Shown piece by piece: positions 1-12,378 of a DNA stretch of 64,000 nucleotides. The stretch covers positions 3,825,434 through 3,889,433 of the forward strand of contig MU053994.1 of NCBI GenBank assembly GCA_013239625.1, in the 5' to 3' direction. The notes beneath the pieces are model-generated. The model was not told the DNA's origin, did no database searches, and saw only the letters and a list, made by a program, of their open reading frames with translations. Every line of letters starts with the position of its first letter. Within the stretch, counting starts at the first letter, position 1. The position numbers were made by a program, and so were the translations under genes. Origin of the DNA: Lama guanicoe (taxonomy: Eukaryota).

Positions 1-28
1 TAAAAAAAAAAAAAAAAAGAATAGTTCA

Positions 29-1695
29 GACTTCCAGTCCAGACGAGATGGTGTAGACACACTTCTCCCTGTTCCTTCTAGCTAAGTACAGTTACAAACC
101 CTGGAAATAATGCAAAAGGCAACCAAAGGAGAAGTTTTAAAGGTGATAAGAGAAAGGCAAACTGATTTGGTACCCCAGAATTAGAAGAACCACACAGCTG
201 CAGGGTGTCTTATCCCCCCACCCAACAGAAGAAGGTAACCAGTCCTGGTTTTTCCTTACCCCCAACTTAGCAATAGAAGAGAGCCCAGGTAGGCTCATTC
301 CTCCCCCAGATCAGATGAAAGTCCTTTGGACAACACCAGGCAAGCCCAGCGCCACTGATAAGGGGGATTGATGGGGAGCACTGCCAACAGTGCTTGACTG
401 GGGGAAGTGCTCTCCTTCCTGCATAACCTGAGACTCCCCTCCCTTCCTGAGAGAAACTGAGAGATACCTAGGTGGGCAACACCAGCAAGGGAGATCTCAG
501 CACAGGTGGCCCAGCAGGTCAGGAAGACTCTTTGTCCTTGTGGGCCTAAGACTCCCCTCTCCCACCCACAGACACCTGCCTACCTGGCCTAGGAAACCCC
601 TTCTTCCCTCTAAAGCAACACACAAGTGAAAAAAAATAGAAAATGCCTGCAAAAAACCCTGCCAACATTTCAAAGAAGAGGATATACAGATGGTGAATAA
701 ACACATGAAAAGATGTTTATATCATTAGCCATCAGGGAAATGCAGATTAAAATCACAATGAGATATCACTACACACCTATTCGAATGCTAAAATAAAAAA
801 TAGTGGTAACGCCAAGTGCTGGTGACAATGTGGAAAAAGTGGATCACTCATACATTGTTATTGGGAATATAAAATGGTTGTATGGATCTGGAAAACAAGT
901 TTGGTAGTTTCTTAAAAAAACTAAATATGCAACTACCATATGACCCAGCAATTGTATTCTTGGACATTTATCCCAGAGAAATGAAAACTTATGTTCACAT
1001 AAAAACCTGTACACAGATATTCATAGCAGCTTTGTTTGTAAAAGCCACCCAAACTGAAAACAACTGAGATGTCTTTCAGTTGGTAAACGGTTGAGTAAAC
1101 TGTGGTATATCCATACTATGCAACACTACTCAGCATTAAAAAGGAATAAACTATGGATACACGGAATGACTTGGATGGAGCTCCAGAGAATTATGTTGGG
1201 TGAAAAAAACCAATTCCAAATAGTTACATACTGTGTGATTCCATGAATATAACATATTTCGAATGATACAGTTTTAGAAAGGAGAGCAGATTAGTGGTTG
1301 CCAGGTGCCAGGGGTTAAGGACTTGAGTGTGGGGAGAGAGAGGATGGGGGGCCTAGAAGGAGCTGGGTGTGGTTATAGAAGGGCAACAGGAATGATACTT
1401 GTGGTGATGCAACTGGTTTGTGTCTTGACTGTGATGGTGGTCCCAGGAACCTACACATGGAATGAAATTGTATTAAAACTAAACACACACACACACAAAT
1501 GAGTACAAGTAATATTGGGGTAATCTGAATAAGATGGTGGATTGTATTAATGTCACCACCCTGGTTGTGATAGTGTACCAGAATTTTGTAATATGTCACC
1601 ATGGAGGGTAAGTGAGTAAAGAGTATACAGGATCTCTCACTATTATTTCTTAAACCAGCATGTTTTTATCTCAATAAAAATTTCAATTAAAAAAA
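29..1695 (+). mobile_element. Ancient L1MC-type LINE-1: 5' UTR (~29-640) joined directly to ORF2 C-terminus and 3' UTR (~660-1695)
   Basis: Starts gacttcc...agatggtgtagac, typical of L1M 5' ends. ORF 882-1067 (LPYDPAIVFLDIYPREMKTYVH..CTQIFIAALF) is L1 ORF2 C-terminal sequence. L1MC1-like 3' UTR with CA run, AATAAA and A tail. Confidence 0.8.
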
Positions 1696-2419
1696 GGAGA
1701 GCATTTCAGAAACAAGGAATTAGATGGTGGACACATACCCCGATCCTAGGAAGAACAGATGTTTAAGGGAGTCAGGGCCACTCTTCATTCCCAGAGAGGA
1801 GAATGACTGGGAGGTTTCCTTGACAGCATGTGAAATGCAGGCGGCCACACTTGGCCTGCTCCTGAAGAGAGTCCTTAAGTACTTAATGCTCTTTATTTAA
1901 ATTTGAAAAATGAGGTAGCTTACTTTTGTTTGGGCCTGCCACTAAAGGAGACTGTAATTAGTGAAGTATTTTCTGGAGGACTGGGGCTTCTACCCATTAG
2001 TCATACCGGATCCAGGATGTTTTAATTGCCCTTTTATAACAAGTGCCTTGACAGACACTTTTGTCTTCATTGGATGTATGAAAAAAAGAAAATCTGCAAC
2101 CCAAAACACCACAGCTCAGAAGAAAAGCCTTTTTGAGAAAGCATGTTTTGAATATAATGTTGCATCGTTGATGGAACTTAATTATATATGAACACTTAAC
2201 TTTAGCACCTTGTAGCCAATTTTTACACTTGCGATTTTATGTTTCTTTAATATATTTACTCAGTATGCCAAAATGTAACTTATTTTTTTTTCTAAATACT
2301 GAGTCTACAGGGAAGCTTCCTCTCCAAGTCAAGGCCAGCTACAGGAGACAGGTGATTGAACTTGCAAGGCTGCTGAAAATTGCCAAGGAGTGGTGACAAG
2401 GCAGTGACTCAGGGGATCC

Positions 2420-3072
2420 CTAGTGTCACCTCAGACTCCTCCTCAGGGCCAGCACACTCCTCCCCCAGCTGCTGGGCGTATCAACTACTGATGAATCACA
2501 GATGATCCTCTTCCTGGAAAGCCTCAGTGGGCATCAGGGAACCTCCTCACACAAGATGAGTGAGGCCAAAGACTCACTGGGGCCAAAGACTGGCAGGGAC
2601 TCAAATGAGGGCAATTCTAAGGGGCCAGCTCAGCTCCCAAGAGCTGCATTAGGATCTGCTGAGGTCTCAGTTGCAAACACCTTTTTTTTTTCTTTTTTTT
2701 CACTTTCTTTAAACCAAATTTATTCCAATTCTAAGTAACTTAAAAAAAATTTTTTTGAAGTGTAGTTAGTTTACAATGTGTCAATTTCTAGTGTACAGCA
2801 CATTGCTTCAGTCATACATGAATATACATATATTCATTTTCATATTCTTTTTCACCATAAGCTACTACAAGATATCAAATATAGTTCCCTGTGCTATACA
2901 GTATTAAAAAGAAAAAGACAAATGAACTTATATATAAAACAAACACCTTTTGAGTCAGTTTCCCCTTCCTGACTCTCTTATAGGTGTATCTCCCCAGCTC
3001 GCTCCCCACTGAACCTTCTGCATACAACTCTCCATCACAGAGTTGATCTCCAGGGAACTCCCTGTAAGACTG
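2420..3072 (+). mobile_element. ERVL-type solo LTR (LTR16-like), interrupted by an L1 insertion at 2674-2951
   Basis: Ends with ...aaccttctgcatacaactctccatcacagagttgatctccagggaactccctgtaagac, resembling the LTR16 3' end. Subfamily from memory. Confidence 0.6.
2686..2939 (-). mobile_element. 5'-truncated L1 3' end with inverted 5' piece and 3'-transduced tail, TSD-flanked
   Basis: TSD caaacacctttt at 2674-2685 and 2940-2951. Poly-T to 2700. L1 3' UTR at 2751-2903 on minus. L1-sense piece at 2904-2939 on plus. Confidence 0.85.
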
Positions 3073-3590
3073 GATCTTTGTTTGAGTTCCCTGAAAGCGG
3101 AGCCTGAGGGGAACCTGGGTGCAGGTGGTTTATTAGGGAGGTGACCCCAGGTATCGAGAGTAAGGGAGCAGGAGAGTGAAACAGGAAAGTCAAAAAAGTC
3201 AATAAGAGGTGTATCATTGAGCTGGTGATGGCTGTGGGCACCTGGGGATTAACTGATCCCTCTGGGGATGTCTGAGAAACGTGTAGAATGTGGCTCAGAT
3301 TTGTCTCACCAAATAATGGGAAGCTGGGGGCATTTATCCAGGTACTATTGCTCTCAGTTAAAGGGACAATAATCTGGTCATCCTGTACACAGACTGAGCC
3401 ACTTCTCAAGGTTTTTGAGAGTACTTTTCTACTGAAAATCAAAGAGACCCGGCAGATGTTTGAGGTGGAAGGCTTGGCACTTGCAAGGACGTTATCTACC
3501 ATAGTTCAGCTGAGGGCCTGTGGTCAGACACACTCAAAGTGTCTGCTACTCGGGGGAAAGAGCACCAGCATTTTTATTTGACAGGAGTTA
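3073..3590 (-). mobile_element. ERVL-type LTR (LTR16-like)
   Basis: gagttccctgaaagcggagcctgag...gtggtttattagggaggtgacccc matches the reverse complement of the LTR16-family 3' end, with a minus-strand AATAAA near 3130. Confidence 0.6.
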
Positions 3591-3981
3591 GAGAAGCTCC
3601 TATATTGCAGGGGGCATTTCCAGGGCAAGCTGTATCCCTTCACCCTGAGTCTCTGTGTGTGGTGCAGAATTAGCACTGGAAAGAAAGGATGTAGAAAAGT
3701 CAAAGGAAACCAATTAAAAGGTCTTTTGTTTACTTGCCTGCTGAGCTGGTTGAGTAGTCATTTTATTGGTCCTATTTCTCTCTGTGTCAAGTTAGACATG
3801 TAAAAATTAGGTACTATTATGAAGTCCTAGGACATCCAAACTGTGTTAAGAGGTGTTTACTTTCAGGAATTGAAAGGATTGAAAATAAGACTGGTTTCCG
3901 CCAAAAAACAAAAAATACCCAGTGGAAAGCCAATGAGAAAACATCAGTGGCTGATCTGTGTTCACTCTGAAATGTTTGGGC

Positions 3982-4162
3982 CAGTGGCTCTGAAAGCACG
4001 GTCCCCAGACCAGCAACATCAGCATGACCTGGGGACTTGTTAGAAGTGGATAGTCTTGGGTCCTGCCACTGAATCAGAAATTTTGGAGGTGGGGCCCAGC
4101 TGTCTGTGCTTTCACAAGCTCTTCCGGGGACTCTGATGTGAGCTAAAGTCTAAGAACTCCTG
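3982..4162. mobile_element. MER5A hAT-Charlie MITE
   Basis: cagtggctctgaaagcacggtccccagaccagcaacatcagcatgacctggggacttgttagaa...actgaatcagaaa...ggtggggcccagc. About 180 bp with degenerate terminal inverted repeats. Confidence 0.85.
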
Positions 4163-4423
4163 TCTAATTCCAGATTATTCATCTGTACCTATGATTTCAG
4201 CAACCAAACCATAGATTTAATTCACAAATTTTGCTCCAGGTAGGCCAGGAGTAGAAATGAAGGGGCACGAAGTGAAAAGTTATTCAACAAGCATTCCCTT
4301 TGTTAGTGTCTGCGTTGAGGACATATAATATAAAGACACATTTTAAAGATTTTAAAACACTTTAGAAGATAACTTTTACTCTTTTGTATCTCTATAGTCT
4401 ATTACCTACTTCTCTCCTTCCCA

Positions 4424-4535
4424 CCAACAAACACTGACTGATCATCTGCAGTGTGCCAAGCACTCTTATAGGTGCTGTGGATATAGCAGCAAGGGAGAGA
4501 CAAAAATACTTGTCCTCACAGAGCTTGAATTCTGA
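4424..4535 (-). mobile_element. L2 LINE 3' end fragment
   Basis: caacaaacactgactgatcatctgcagtgtgccaagcactc...ggtgctgtggatatagcag, the typical reverse complement of the L2 tail. Confidence 0.7.
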
Positions 4536-5516
4536 TCTGTGTGTGGTATATATTTGCAAAACTTACTTATAATTCATAAATAGAAATACAGCTGGGCTGC
4601 AGTTTTAAGGAGGCAGGAAACCTGAGTGGAAGATGGGACTCATTTCTTCTCTTTACAAACTCTTGGTTTTAGAAAATGTTGCGGAGCTTTCTGAAGTCAT
4701 GTTCAATGATGCAAGCTCCGAGCCCAGTAGAAGGAATTATAGACAGTGGATGAGGCTGGCCAGCCAGCCCTGCCTCAACATTTCCTTGCCTTTGTGGCTT
4801 TAATTATGAGTGGCTTTACTTCACTTCTGTCTAACTTCAGGCTTGAACACTTTCCTGTCACAAATAACCCCTTGGAAAAATTGTAACGTGGTGTCTTAAT
4901 GGCAACCCTTTCCTTTTGGTTATGTAAGAAAATCACTAAGGATCTCAGGGTGGATAATTTCACCCTAGCTAATAAATCAGGCAGTTTCTTACATCAAGGC
5001 GAATAGCAGTTGGGGCTGGAGAGCTGGGCTGATAATAACTACAGGAGAGCTTCGAGTGATTATGAAAGGAGCCTGCTGATGTGCAGCCTTGGACTTTTCC
5101 GTGTCAGCACTAAATGTCTTGATTCAGGTTAAACAAAAACCATCTCTGCTTGGAAGTAGCGGTCCTCAGCATACTCTTTCACAACCAGTTTGCCAGAGAT
5201 GATGATTTATTCAGTGTATGAAGCACAGGGGCTACTTTTCTAATCAGTACTGGGAAGTGTTTGGAAAGCAGTCCTAAGTTTCACTGTAGTGGATGGGGTT
5301 ATTCTTTCTATACATTTCCAGATACCCGCCTGGATTGTAATATGCTCTGTCAACAGGTTTGCAGGAAACCTTGAAATTTAATTACAGTGGGGTTTACAAC
5401 TACTGAATTCTGGATGTTGATTTAGTACAATAAACAATGGACAACTCCACATTGAATGATGCACCCTACTGTTGGCCATGGAGAATTCCCGTTTTGAGGG
5501 GTGTTTAAGAAAGCCT

Positions 5517-6836
5517 AAGTGGAATAAACAACCTAACTTTACACCAAAAGGAATTAGAAAGAGAAGAACAAAGACCAAAGTTAGTAGAAGGAAATAATAA
5601 ATATCAAAGTGGAAGTAAATGAAATGGGGACCAAAAAGACAATAGAAAAGATCAATGAAATTAAAAGCTGGTTCTTTGAAAAGATAAACAAAATTGAAAA
5701 ACTTTTAGGTAGACTCACCAAGAAAAAAAGAGAGAGGGCTCAAATAAATAAAATCAGAAATGAAAGAGGAGAAATCACAACTGATACCAAAGAAATACAA
5801 AGGGTCATGGGAGATTACTATGAACATTTATATGCCAACAAATTGGACAACTTAAAGGAAATAGATACATTCCTAGAAACATACAATCTTCCAAGACTAA
5901 ATCATGAAGAAATAGAAAATCTGAACAGACTGATTACTAGTAAGGACATTGAATCAGTAATCAAAAAACTCCCAACAAACAAAAGTCCCAGACCTGATGG
6001 CTTCACTGGTGAATTCTACCAAACATTTAAAGAAGATTTAATACCTGTCCTTCTCAAACTTTTCCAAAAAATTGAAGAGGGGATACTCACAAATTCGTTT
6101 TATAAGGCCATCATTACCCTGATACTAAAACCAAAGAAGGACACCACACAAAAAAAGAAAATTATAGGCCAATATCACTGGTGAACACAGATCCTCAACA
6201 AAATATTAGCAATCCAAATTCAACAATACATTAAAAGAATCATGTACCTTGATCAAATGGGATTTATTCCAAGGAATGCAAGAATGGTTTGTCATTTGCA
6301 AATCAACAAAATACTATTATTCACCTGTAAAAAAGAATGAAATGTCATTTGTGACAACATGGATAGATCTTGAGGGTATTATGCCAAGTAAAGTGAGTCA
6401 GACAGAGAAAGAAAAACTATTTCATTTATATGTGAAATCTGAAAAACAAAACAAATGAACAAACAAAACAAAAACCATAGATACAGAGAACAGATTGGTG
6501 ATTGCCAGAGGGGAGGGCTTTGGGGGTGGGCAAATGAGTGAAGGCGACCAAGAGGTACAAACTTCCAGTTATAAATTAAAGAAGTCTTGGGGATGTAACG
6601 TACAGCATGGTGACTATAGTCAATCATACTATATTGCAAAATTGAAAGTTGCTAAAAAAGTAAGTCTTAAAAGTTCTTATCACAAGAAAAAAATTTTTGT
6701 TACTTTATATGGTGACAGATGGTAACTAGACTAATTGTGATCATTTCCCAATGTATACAAATATTGAATCATTATATTATACACCTAAAACTAATATAAT
6801 GTTGAATGTCAACTGTAGTTCAATTAAAAAAAAAAA
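5517..6836 (+). mobile_element. 5'-truncated, internally deleted LINE-1 (L1MA9/artiodactyl-type 3' UTR)
   Basis: ORF2 linker/Z region at 5520-6310 jumps to the ORF2 end and 3' UTR. Poly-A at 6826-6838. Probable TSD aagaaagcct (5507-5516) / aagaacgcct (6837-6846). Confidence 0.9.
5609..6184 (+). pseudogene. LINE-1 ORF2p fragment (post-endonuclease linker and Z domain)
   Basis: [13 protein letters not shown]...[13 protein letters not shown]...[32 protein letters not shown] is canonical L1 ORF2. Frameshifted downstream. Confidence 0.92.
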
Positions 6837-8184
6837 AAGAACGCCTGTATAGGGAGGTTTCAGACCAGATTTCACTAAAAGCCAGGGGAGCATTAGATCA
6901 GCAATTAGCCTTTTCAGGTAGAACCCCTTCTTAAAATCAAAATATTTAGGGGAACTGCTGCTGATGGTTATTCTTTTAGGATTCATTGATTGAGAAAATA
7001 TATAACAAATGTGATCATTCAAAACTTTACTTAATTTACTTATTGAGGCTGTTAATTTTACTCATCACAACAGCATCTAAAAACAATTTGAAAAAAAAAT
7101 CAATAGCCCATATATTTGTGAGATGTATGGTTTATTTAATCAGTCCACAGATGAATTCATAGCTTTCATAGTTTTCATCCAATTCCCTACTCTCCTCACA
7201 TGAAGCCTACAGCCTAGTGGATGAGAATTTTGGATTAGATGGCTTTCCAGAGTGAACTCTTTTGTACCTAATAGCTTTCCACGTCCATCTTCAACAATGC
7301 AGTTTGTTGAATGCCTACAATGGCATTCTGGAGGTGGAGGGGTAGGGTAGGAAAAATATCCTTGACAGGACTACTGGAGCCTGCCCACCTGTGGCAAAGG
7401 GGAGGAAGCAGGACCCATCTGGGGTCACTGTGCAAGTTTTTCAGCTTGGTATCACCCTGCCAGGGCGTTATTGCATTGCCAGAGAGTCACTGTGCTTTGC
7501 TCAGAATGACTTCCTGCTGTTTGCTCCTCACTGAGTGGATTTATTTAAATCTTAAGGTCACTCTGTTCCAGTGTGATCATTTATAATCTCTCCCATGACA
7601 ATCTTCTCTTGCCTGTTTCACCCATACATGGAGAGCACTTCCTTTTAAGAACAAAAGGCTCAGGGTGGATTTTGTTCTGAAAGGACCCTGTAAATCATGT
7701 TGTTGGTAAGACTTTATTTCATTTTGGAATCTAATCATTTACAAACTTGAATTTCAAAACAAGGAATTCACTCTCCATAAAAATGTTAGTGAAATGGTTT
7801 TGGAGTTGCTCCAGTTACTCCTCTCACTCCAGTGATGGGTGTGGGTGTTTTATATATCCTGCCATGCAAAGGACTCACACAGACCTTTTAAAGTTAATTA
7901 AAAAGCCTTCCATGGGCTGCCAGATTTGGGCAGCAGCGTTCCTCTGTAACCTTTTGTACCAGATTAAAAACCTCTGACAATCAGGGTTGTTGCCAAATTT
8001 CAAATGAAGTGTTCAGAGTAAATTCAATAAGCTGCACAATTCAGTCAGCTTCGGAGTGACTCCTGTTTCTGGTTCAGCAAGAGCTCGGGGATTGATGGGG
8101 ACTGAACCTCTTCCTTTGAATTCCTGCCTACTGTCCTGCTCTTTTCTATAGCGTCCCCCCAACCCCCTGCCGCCCTATTACCCA

Positions 8185-8450
8185 CAATGTTTCAAACCAT
8201 AGGAGAGTGTTGCCCAACATGTCATGGGTGAGCTTTTGACAAAAAGATTCCCTGTTATGTGTAGACTGGAAAACCCTGCATACCAGATTCCTAATGCACA
8301 TAGCATATGAAACCTTCTGAGCATTTCTGTAGAAAACTGGCTCATTTTGTTTAACACAGTGTTTTCTAGATGTGCTTGGCCATATTGCCTATTTTCCCCT
8401 AATAATGTTTAACAGCTTCCCAACGAGCTTGCAACATCTCACAAAGGACT
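8185..8450. mobile_element. MER103-like hAT-Charlie element (degraded)
   Basis: aatgcacatagcatatgaaaccttctgagcatttctgtag...ttttgtttaacacagtgttttctag resembles the MER103C core. Confidence 0.55.
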
Positions 8451-9099
8451 GGGTCGAAGGCTCTGTGAAAATGAACCCTCTGACACATAAATCTTGTAAA
8501 AGTCGTGGTTTCTTGTGATAAGTGCAGAAGATATATCCCTAGCACAGCATACCGGGAGACAGCTGCCCGAGGAGGGATGTTTGGTGAGCAGAAATTTTGA
8601 GTTTCCCCAGTTTCTAGAAGGACACTTGCTCTGGCTGGTGGTAATGAAATACTCTGTCTCTTTGGAGAGAGATTTGGCTAGGTCACAGGACTAAGCTCCT
8701 TATGCTCCCAAATATATCACCCTAAAACCCTACCTTGTACATGTGATTGTAAAAACTGTCTTTAGCAAACCACATTGCCATCATCTGTCATCTGGCTACA
8801 ATTTTTACACCACTGACACCAAATTTCTTCTCTGCCTACTGTGTCCACAGTAATGAGCAGGCATCACCCGTGTGCAATGGCATTGCAACTACATAAAGAG
8901 GACCAGTCTGTGGGCACATGTGCTTAGTTCTTTATGAGGTTTAAGTGGAACTCAGCACCACAGACCTGCCCAGGGTGCACCCCAGAACCAATGCTTTGTG
9001 GAGCACATTTGGGTCTGTCATTACTGATTACTAAGCTCCCAGCTGTCTGGGTTAGTAGAGTTTGGAGAACACTGAACACAATTTGAATTCTTTGGTAAG

Positions 9100-9268
9100 G
9101 TCAGAATCAGGGTTCCAGTAGGAAATAAGTGGCACTCTTAGAGGGATTTAACTAGAATAGAGTTTCATGGAGAGCTTGCTGAGGTGGGAGTGTGGCTGAG
9201 ACAACAAACGGGATGGGGAGGCATCCAGAGAATTGTAACAGCAGGAAGCTGTTACCCCCTAGGACTTC
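9100..9268 (-). mobile_element. LTR33-like ERVL LTR fragment
   Basis: ggcatccagagaattgtaacagcaggaagctgttaccccctagg. A related sequence occurs in opposite orientation at ~59500-59560. Confidence 0.6.
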
Positions 9269-9695
9269 CCAATTTAAAGCCAATTCATCATTTTTTCATG
9301 AAAGTGAAATTAAATGACAGTGTTTCAAATGACACATTTGAAAGCTATACTGACGTCAGTTACATTGAAAGGAACCATGTCTAAGGACAAATTTTGAAAT
9401 TAAGCCTCTGTCTTATTGTAGGTAAAGGAAATAATAATTATAACTAATCAACTATAGGCATGCATAGGCCAGCTCTAGAGAACAGAATATCATAGAAGAT
9501 TACCTATGTAGTTAGTACTCCTTACCCTTATCCAACTCCTTCACATTAGGCAATAGGAACAACAAAGGGAGTTTCACAGGAGTAGCCTAGTGTCTAGGTA
9601 AGTAGTGCTAAGAGTCTTCACAAATTGGAGCCCTATATTTAATTATAACGTTAGAAGCAAGAAATGTGTTACTAGTACATACTTAAAGTGTAAAT

Positions 9696-9849
9696 TTTTT
9701 AAATTGAAGTACAGTCAGTTACAATGTGTCAATTTCTGGTGCACAGCACAATATCCCAGTCATGCATATACATACATATATTCATTTTCATATTCTTATT
9801 ACAAGATATTGACTATAGTTCCCTGTGCTATACAGAAGAAATTTGTTTT
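9696..9849 (-). mobile_element. Short 5'-truncated lineage-specific L1 3' end
   Basis: TSD ttaaagtgtaaat at 9683-9695 and 9850-9862. L1 3' UTR similar to 2751-2903 and to the reverse complement of 22340-22500. Confidence 0.88.
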
Positions 9850-10603
9850 TTAAAGTGTAAATATTTTGGGAAGTATTTACTTATAAATTTTAAAAAGATT
9901 AAGGGCATTCCTTGTGTTCTGATATCTTTTTTGAGTGAGAGAGACAATGAGTAAGAGTAGTGAATTCACACAAGGAATGCAGTGTCTATGTGATCAGAAT
10001 TCTGAATGGGTGCAGCTGCACACATTTTTAAAGTTAAAGAACAATGGTGAAGCCTAGATTCTTAGCTATATAAAAATGTAGATTTTAATATAAATACCAA
10101 AGGAGTCCAAAAGTAGTTTTATCAACTTGATTCCTACAAATTCACGCATTTCTAGGTCAAGTGCTGGTCATTAATCAATTTTTGAAAAAGTTGATGTGAA
10201 TCTTGACACTTTACAGATTGAATAGGATCTATATATCTTCAGAAGAACTTAACTAAAGTACTTTCAGATTCATTTGTCACCTCTAGACCGTTGCTCTCTC
10301 CCTATCTCTTTTGAGGGTGTATCATCCTCTCCCTTTTTTCCTTGGGATCATCTGTTAACCTCCAGTGTACTCTCCTCCTCATTTATTCAAGATTTTAGCT
10401 CCTATGTCACAATTTTAATCCCCATGATTCTGGGGGTAAATTAAATACCCCATGGAGGACCCATCCAATACCCTGGTTGCTCAGTTCTTTGATCTCTATT
10501 TCATATTCAATGACTGTCTCACCCACTGTCCCTAAACCACCCAGATTCCACAGTCACACTGGATACTATCATCATTGAAAACCGTACCATCTCCACATTT
10601 TTT

Positions 10604-10969
10604 GTTTTTTTATGATCTGGAAGATGTTTTATCATCATTCAAGTTCAAATAGTATTCTCCCTTTTGATATATTCTTAATATGAATAATATAAGATTTAGG
10701 AATTATAATTTTTCTCTAATCTCAAGGTATACTTTTTGTCATTGAAATTATTCTCAATATATTTTAAAACTACACAATATCATTTAACATTTGAGCAAGA
10801 CCTCATTTTTTGAGAAGGAAGTTTCCACATAGCAATTCAGAGCATATCAAAATTTTCATTTTTGACAATTAGATGATGGAATTAGAAAAGGGTTTATTTA
10901 CATTGTTATCTAAATTACAGTAATTAAACAGTTATTCAAAGCTGTTCCAATAGACCTGATACCTTATAT
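10604..10969 (-). pseudogene. TSD-flanked retrocopy of unidentified unique AT-rich sequence (3' UTR retrocopy or orphan transduction)
   Basis: tccacatttttt at 10592-10603 and 10970-10981. T-rich tail on the left. Minus-strand GATAAA ~17 nt before the tail. Interrupts an L2. Confidence 0.65.
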
Positions 10970-12004
10970 TCCACATTTTTTCTCTAAACATCTCACTCTA
11001 TTCACAACTTCCTACCTTTCCAGCATATTGCTCAAATACACCTACTATAACGGTTCTTAAGGTCCCTCAATCCATTGACCTCTCCACTTTCCCCCCTATA
11101 TACCACCCTCCTCCCACTCTCACTTCTCTCTCTATCCAATATAGATTAGATGGATCTCATCATTAAAATCATTCCCTTGTATATATTCTTAACCACCATT
11201 TTTCCCTTTCCTTCAGTCACTATCACCTGGCAAAACTATTTCCTGGGTGAACTCAATCATTTGTCACCTCCATAAGGGTCAGTTGTAAAATCTACCATTG
11301 CTGGAGGAATTTCACAACAGAATAAATTATCATGATAAACTTATTATCAGCAATCCCACCTAGGCCTTCATCACTGCCCAGCAAGCCTACTTGCTCATCT
11401 TCCACTCTTTGAAATCACATTTCACACTGTTTTTTTTTTAATCAAACTTCTGATGAACTCTTCCATTCCCACTCTCTTTCATTCTTAGTGGATAACTTTG
11501 CTTCACACGTTATATAGAAAATGAACACCATTGGAAGGGAACGCCCTTAACCTCTGGGCCATTGAATTTCAAAATCTACTTGCATCTTAACTCATTGCTC
11601 ATTTTTTTCTTCTTTTTGCAATGGGCTAAGAGCTCTTCCTTATATCAAAGTTCAAACCCTCTACTGTCCTCTGGATTTCATTATTCCTGTTTCCTGGGGG
11701 AACCTTATTTTATTATTATTTTAAAAATCTTTCTTGTGTCTTTAGTCTATCACTTTCTCTACTGGATTCTTCCTAAACATTAAACTGGATTTAGATGATG
11801 CTATCAAAACACACACACACACATGTATCCACACACACATCCCACCTTCCTGGGCATCATATCCCTACCTGGCTCTTATCTCCTTTCTTTCTCTCTCTCC
11901 CTTTTTATTTTAAACTAAGCTTCTTTAAGTGGTGGCCTATACCTGCTGCCTCGGTTTCCTTATATTCTATTTCCTATTTATGTATGTATGCGTGTATCTA
12001 TGTA

Positions 12005-12378
12005 TGTAGATATTACTAGAGGTCACCAGTATCTGGTTCTCCTTCTCGGCATATGGAGAGCTTCATTTTCTGGCTCCTTGATAGTATGGGACCATGTGAG
12101 TAGTCTGGCCGATGGATCAAAACCTTTATAAATGAGGAAGCATATATCATGCTTTCTTTCCCTGCCACAACGACTGAAGCAAGTGCTTATTGTAGACGTG
12201 CAACTTTAAGATGATGAAACCTGTCACCCTAGAGTACTGAGTGACTGTAGGAGAACCCTTGCTGATCTGCATAGTGCATGTTACATAAGCAAAAAATAAA
12301 GTTTTATGTCTTAAACCAGTGAAATTTTGGAGTTTATTTTTTACAACAGCAATACCTAGCTTATAGTGACTAATTTCA
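12005..12378 (+). mobile_element. MLT1 (MaLR) solo LTR, MLT1I/J-like
   Basis: ccatgtgagtagtctggccgatgga core. End aaataaagttttatgtcttaaaccagtgaaattttggag...tgactaatttca. Confidence 0.75.

Noticed and set aside
3035..3502. 155-aa minus-strand ORF
   Set aside because: It lies within LTR16-like sequence and has no recognisable domain.
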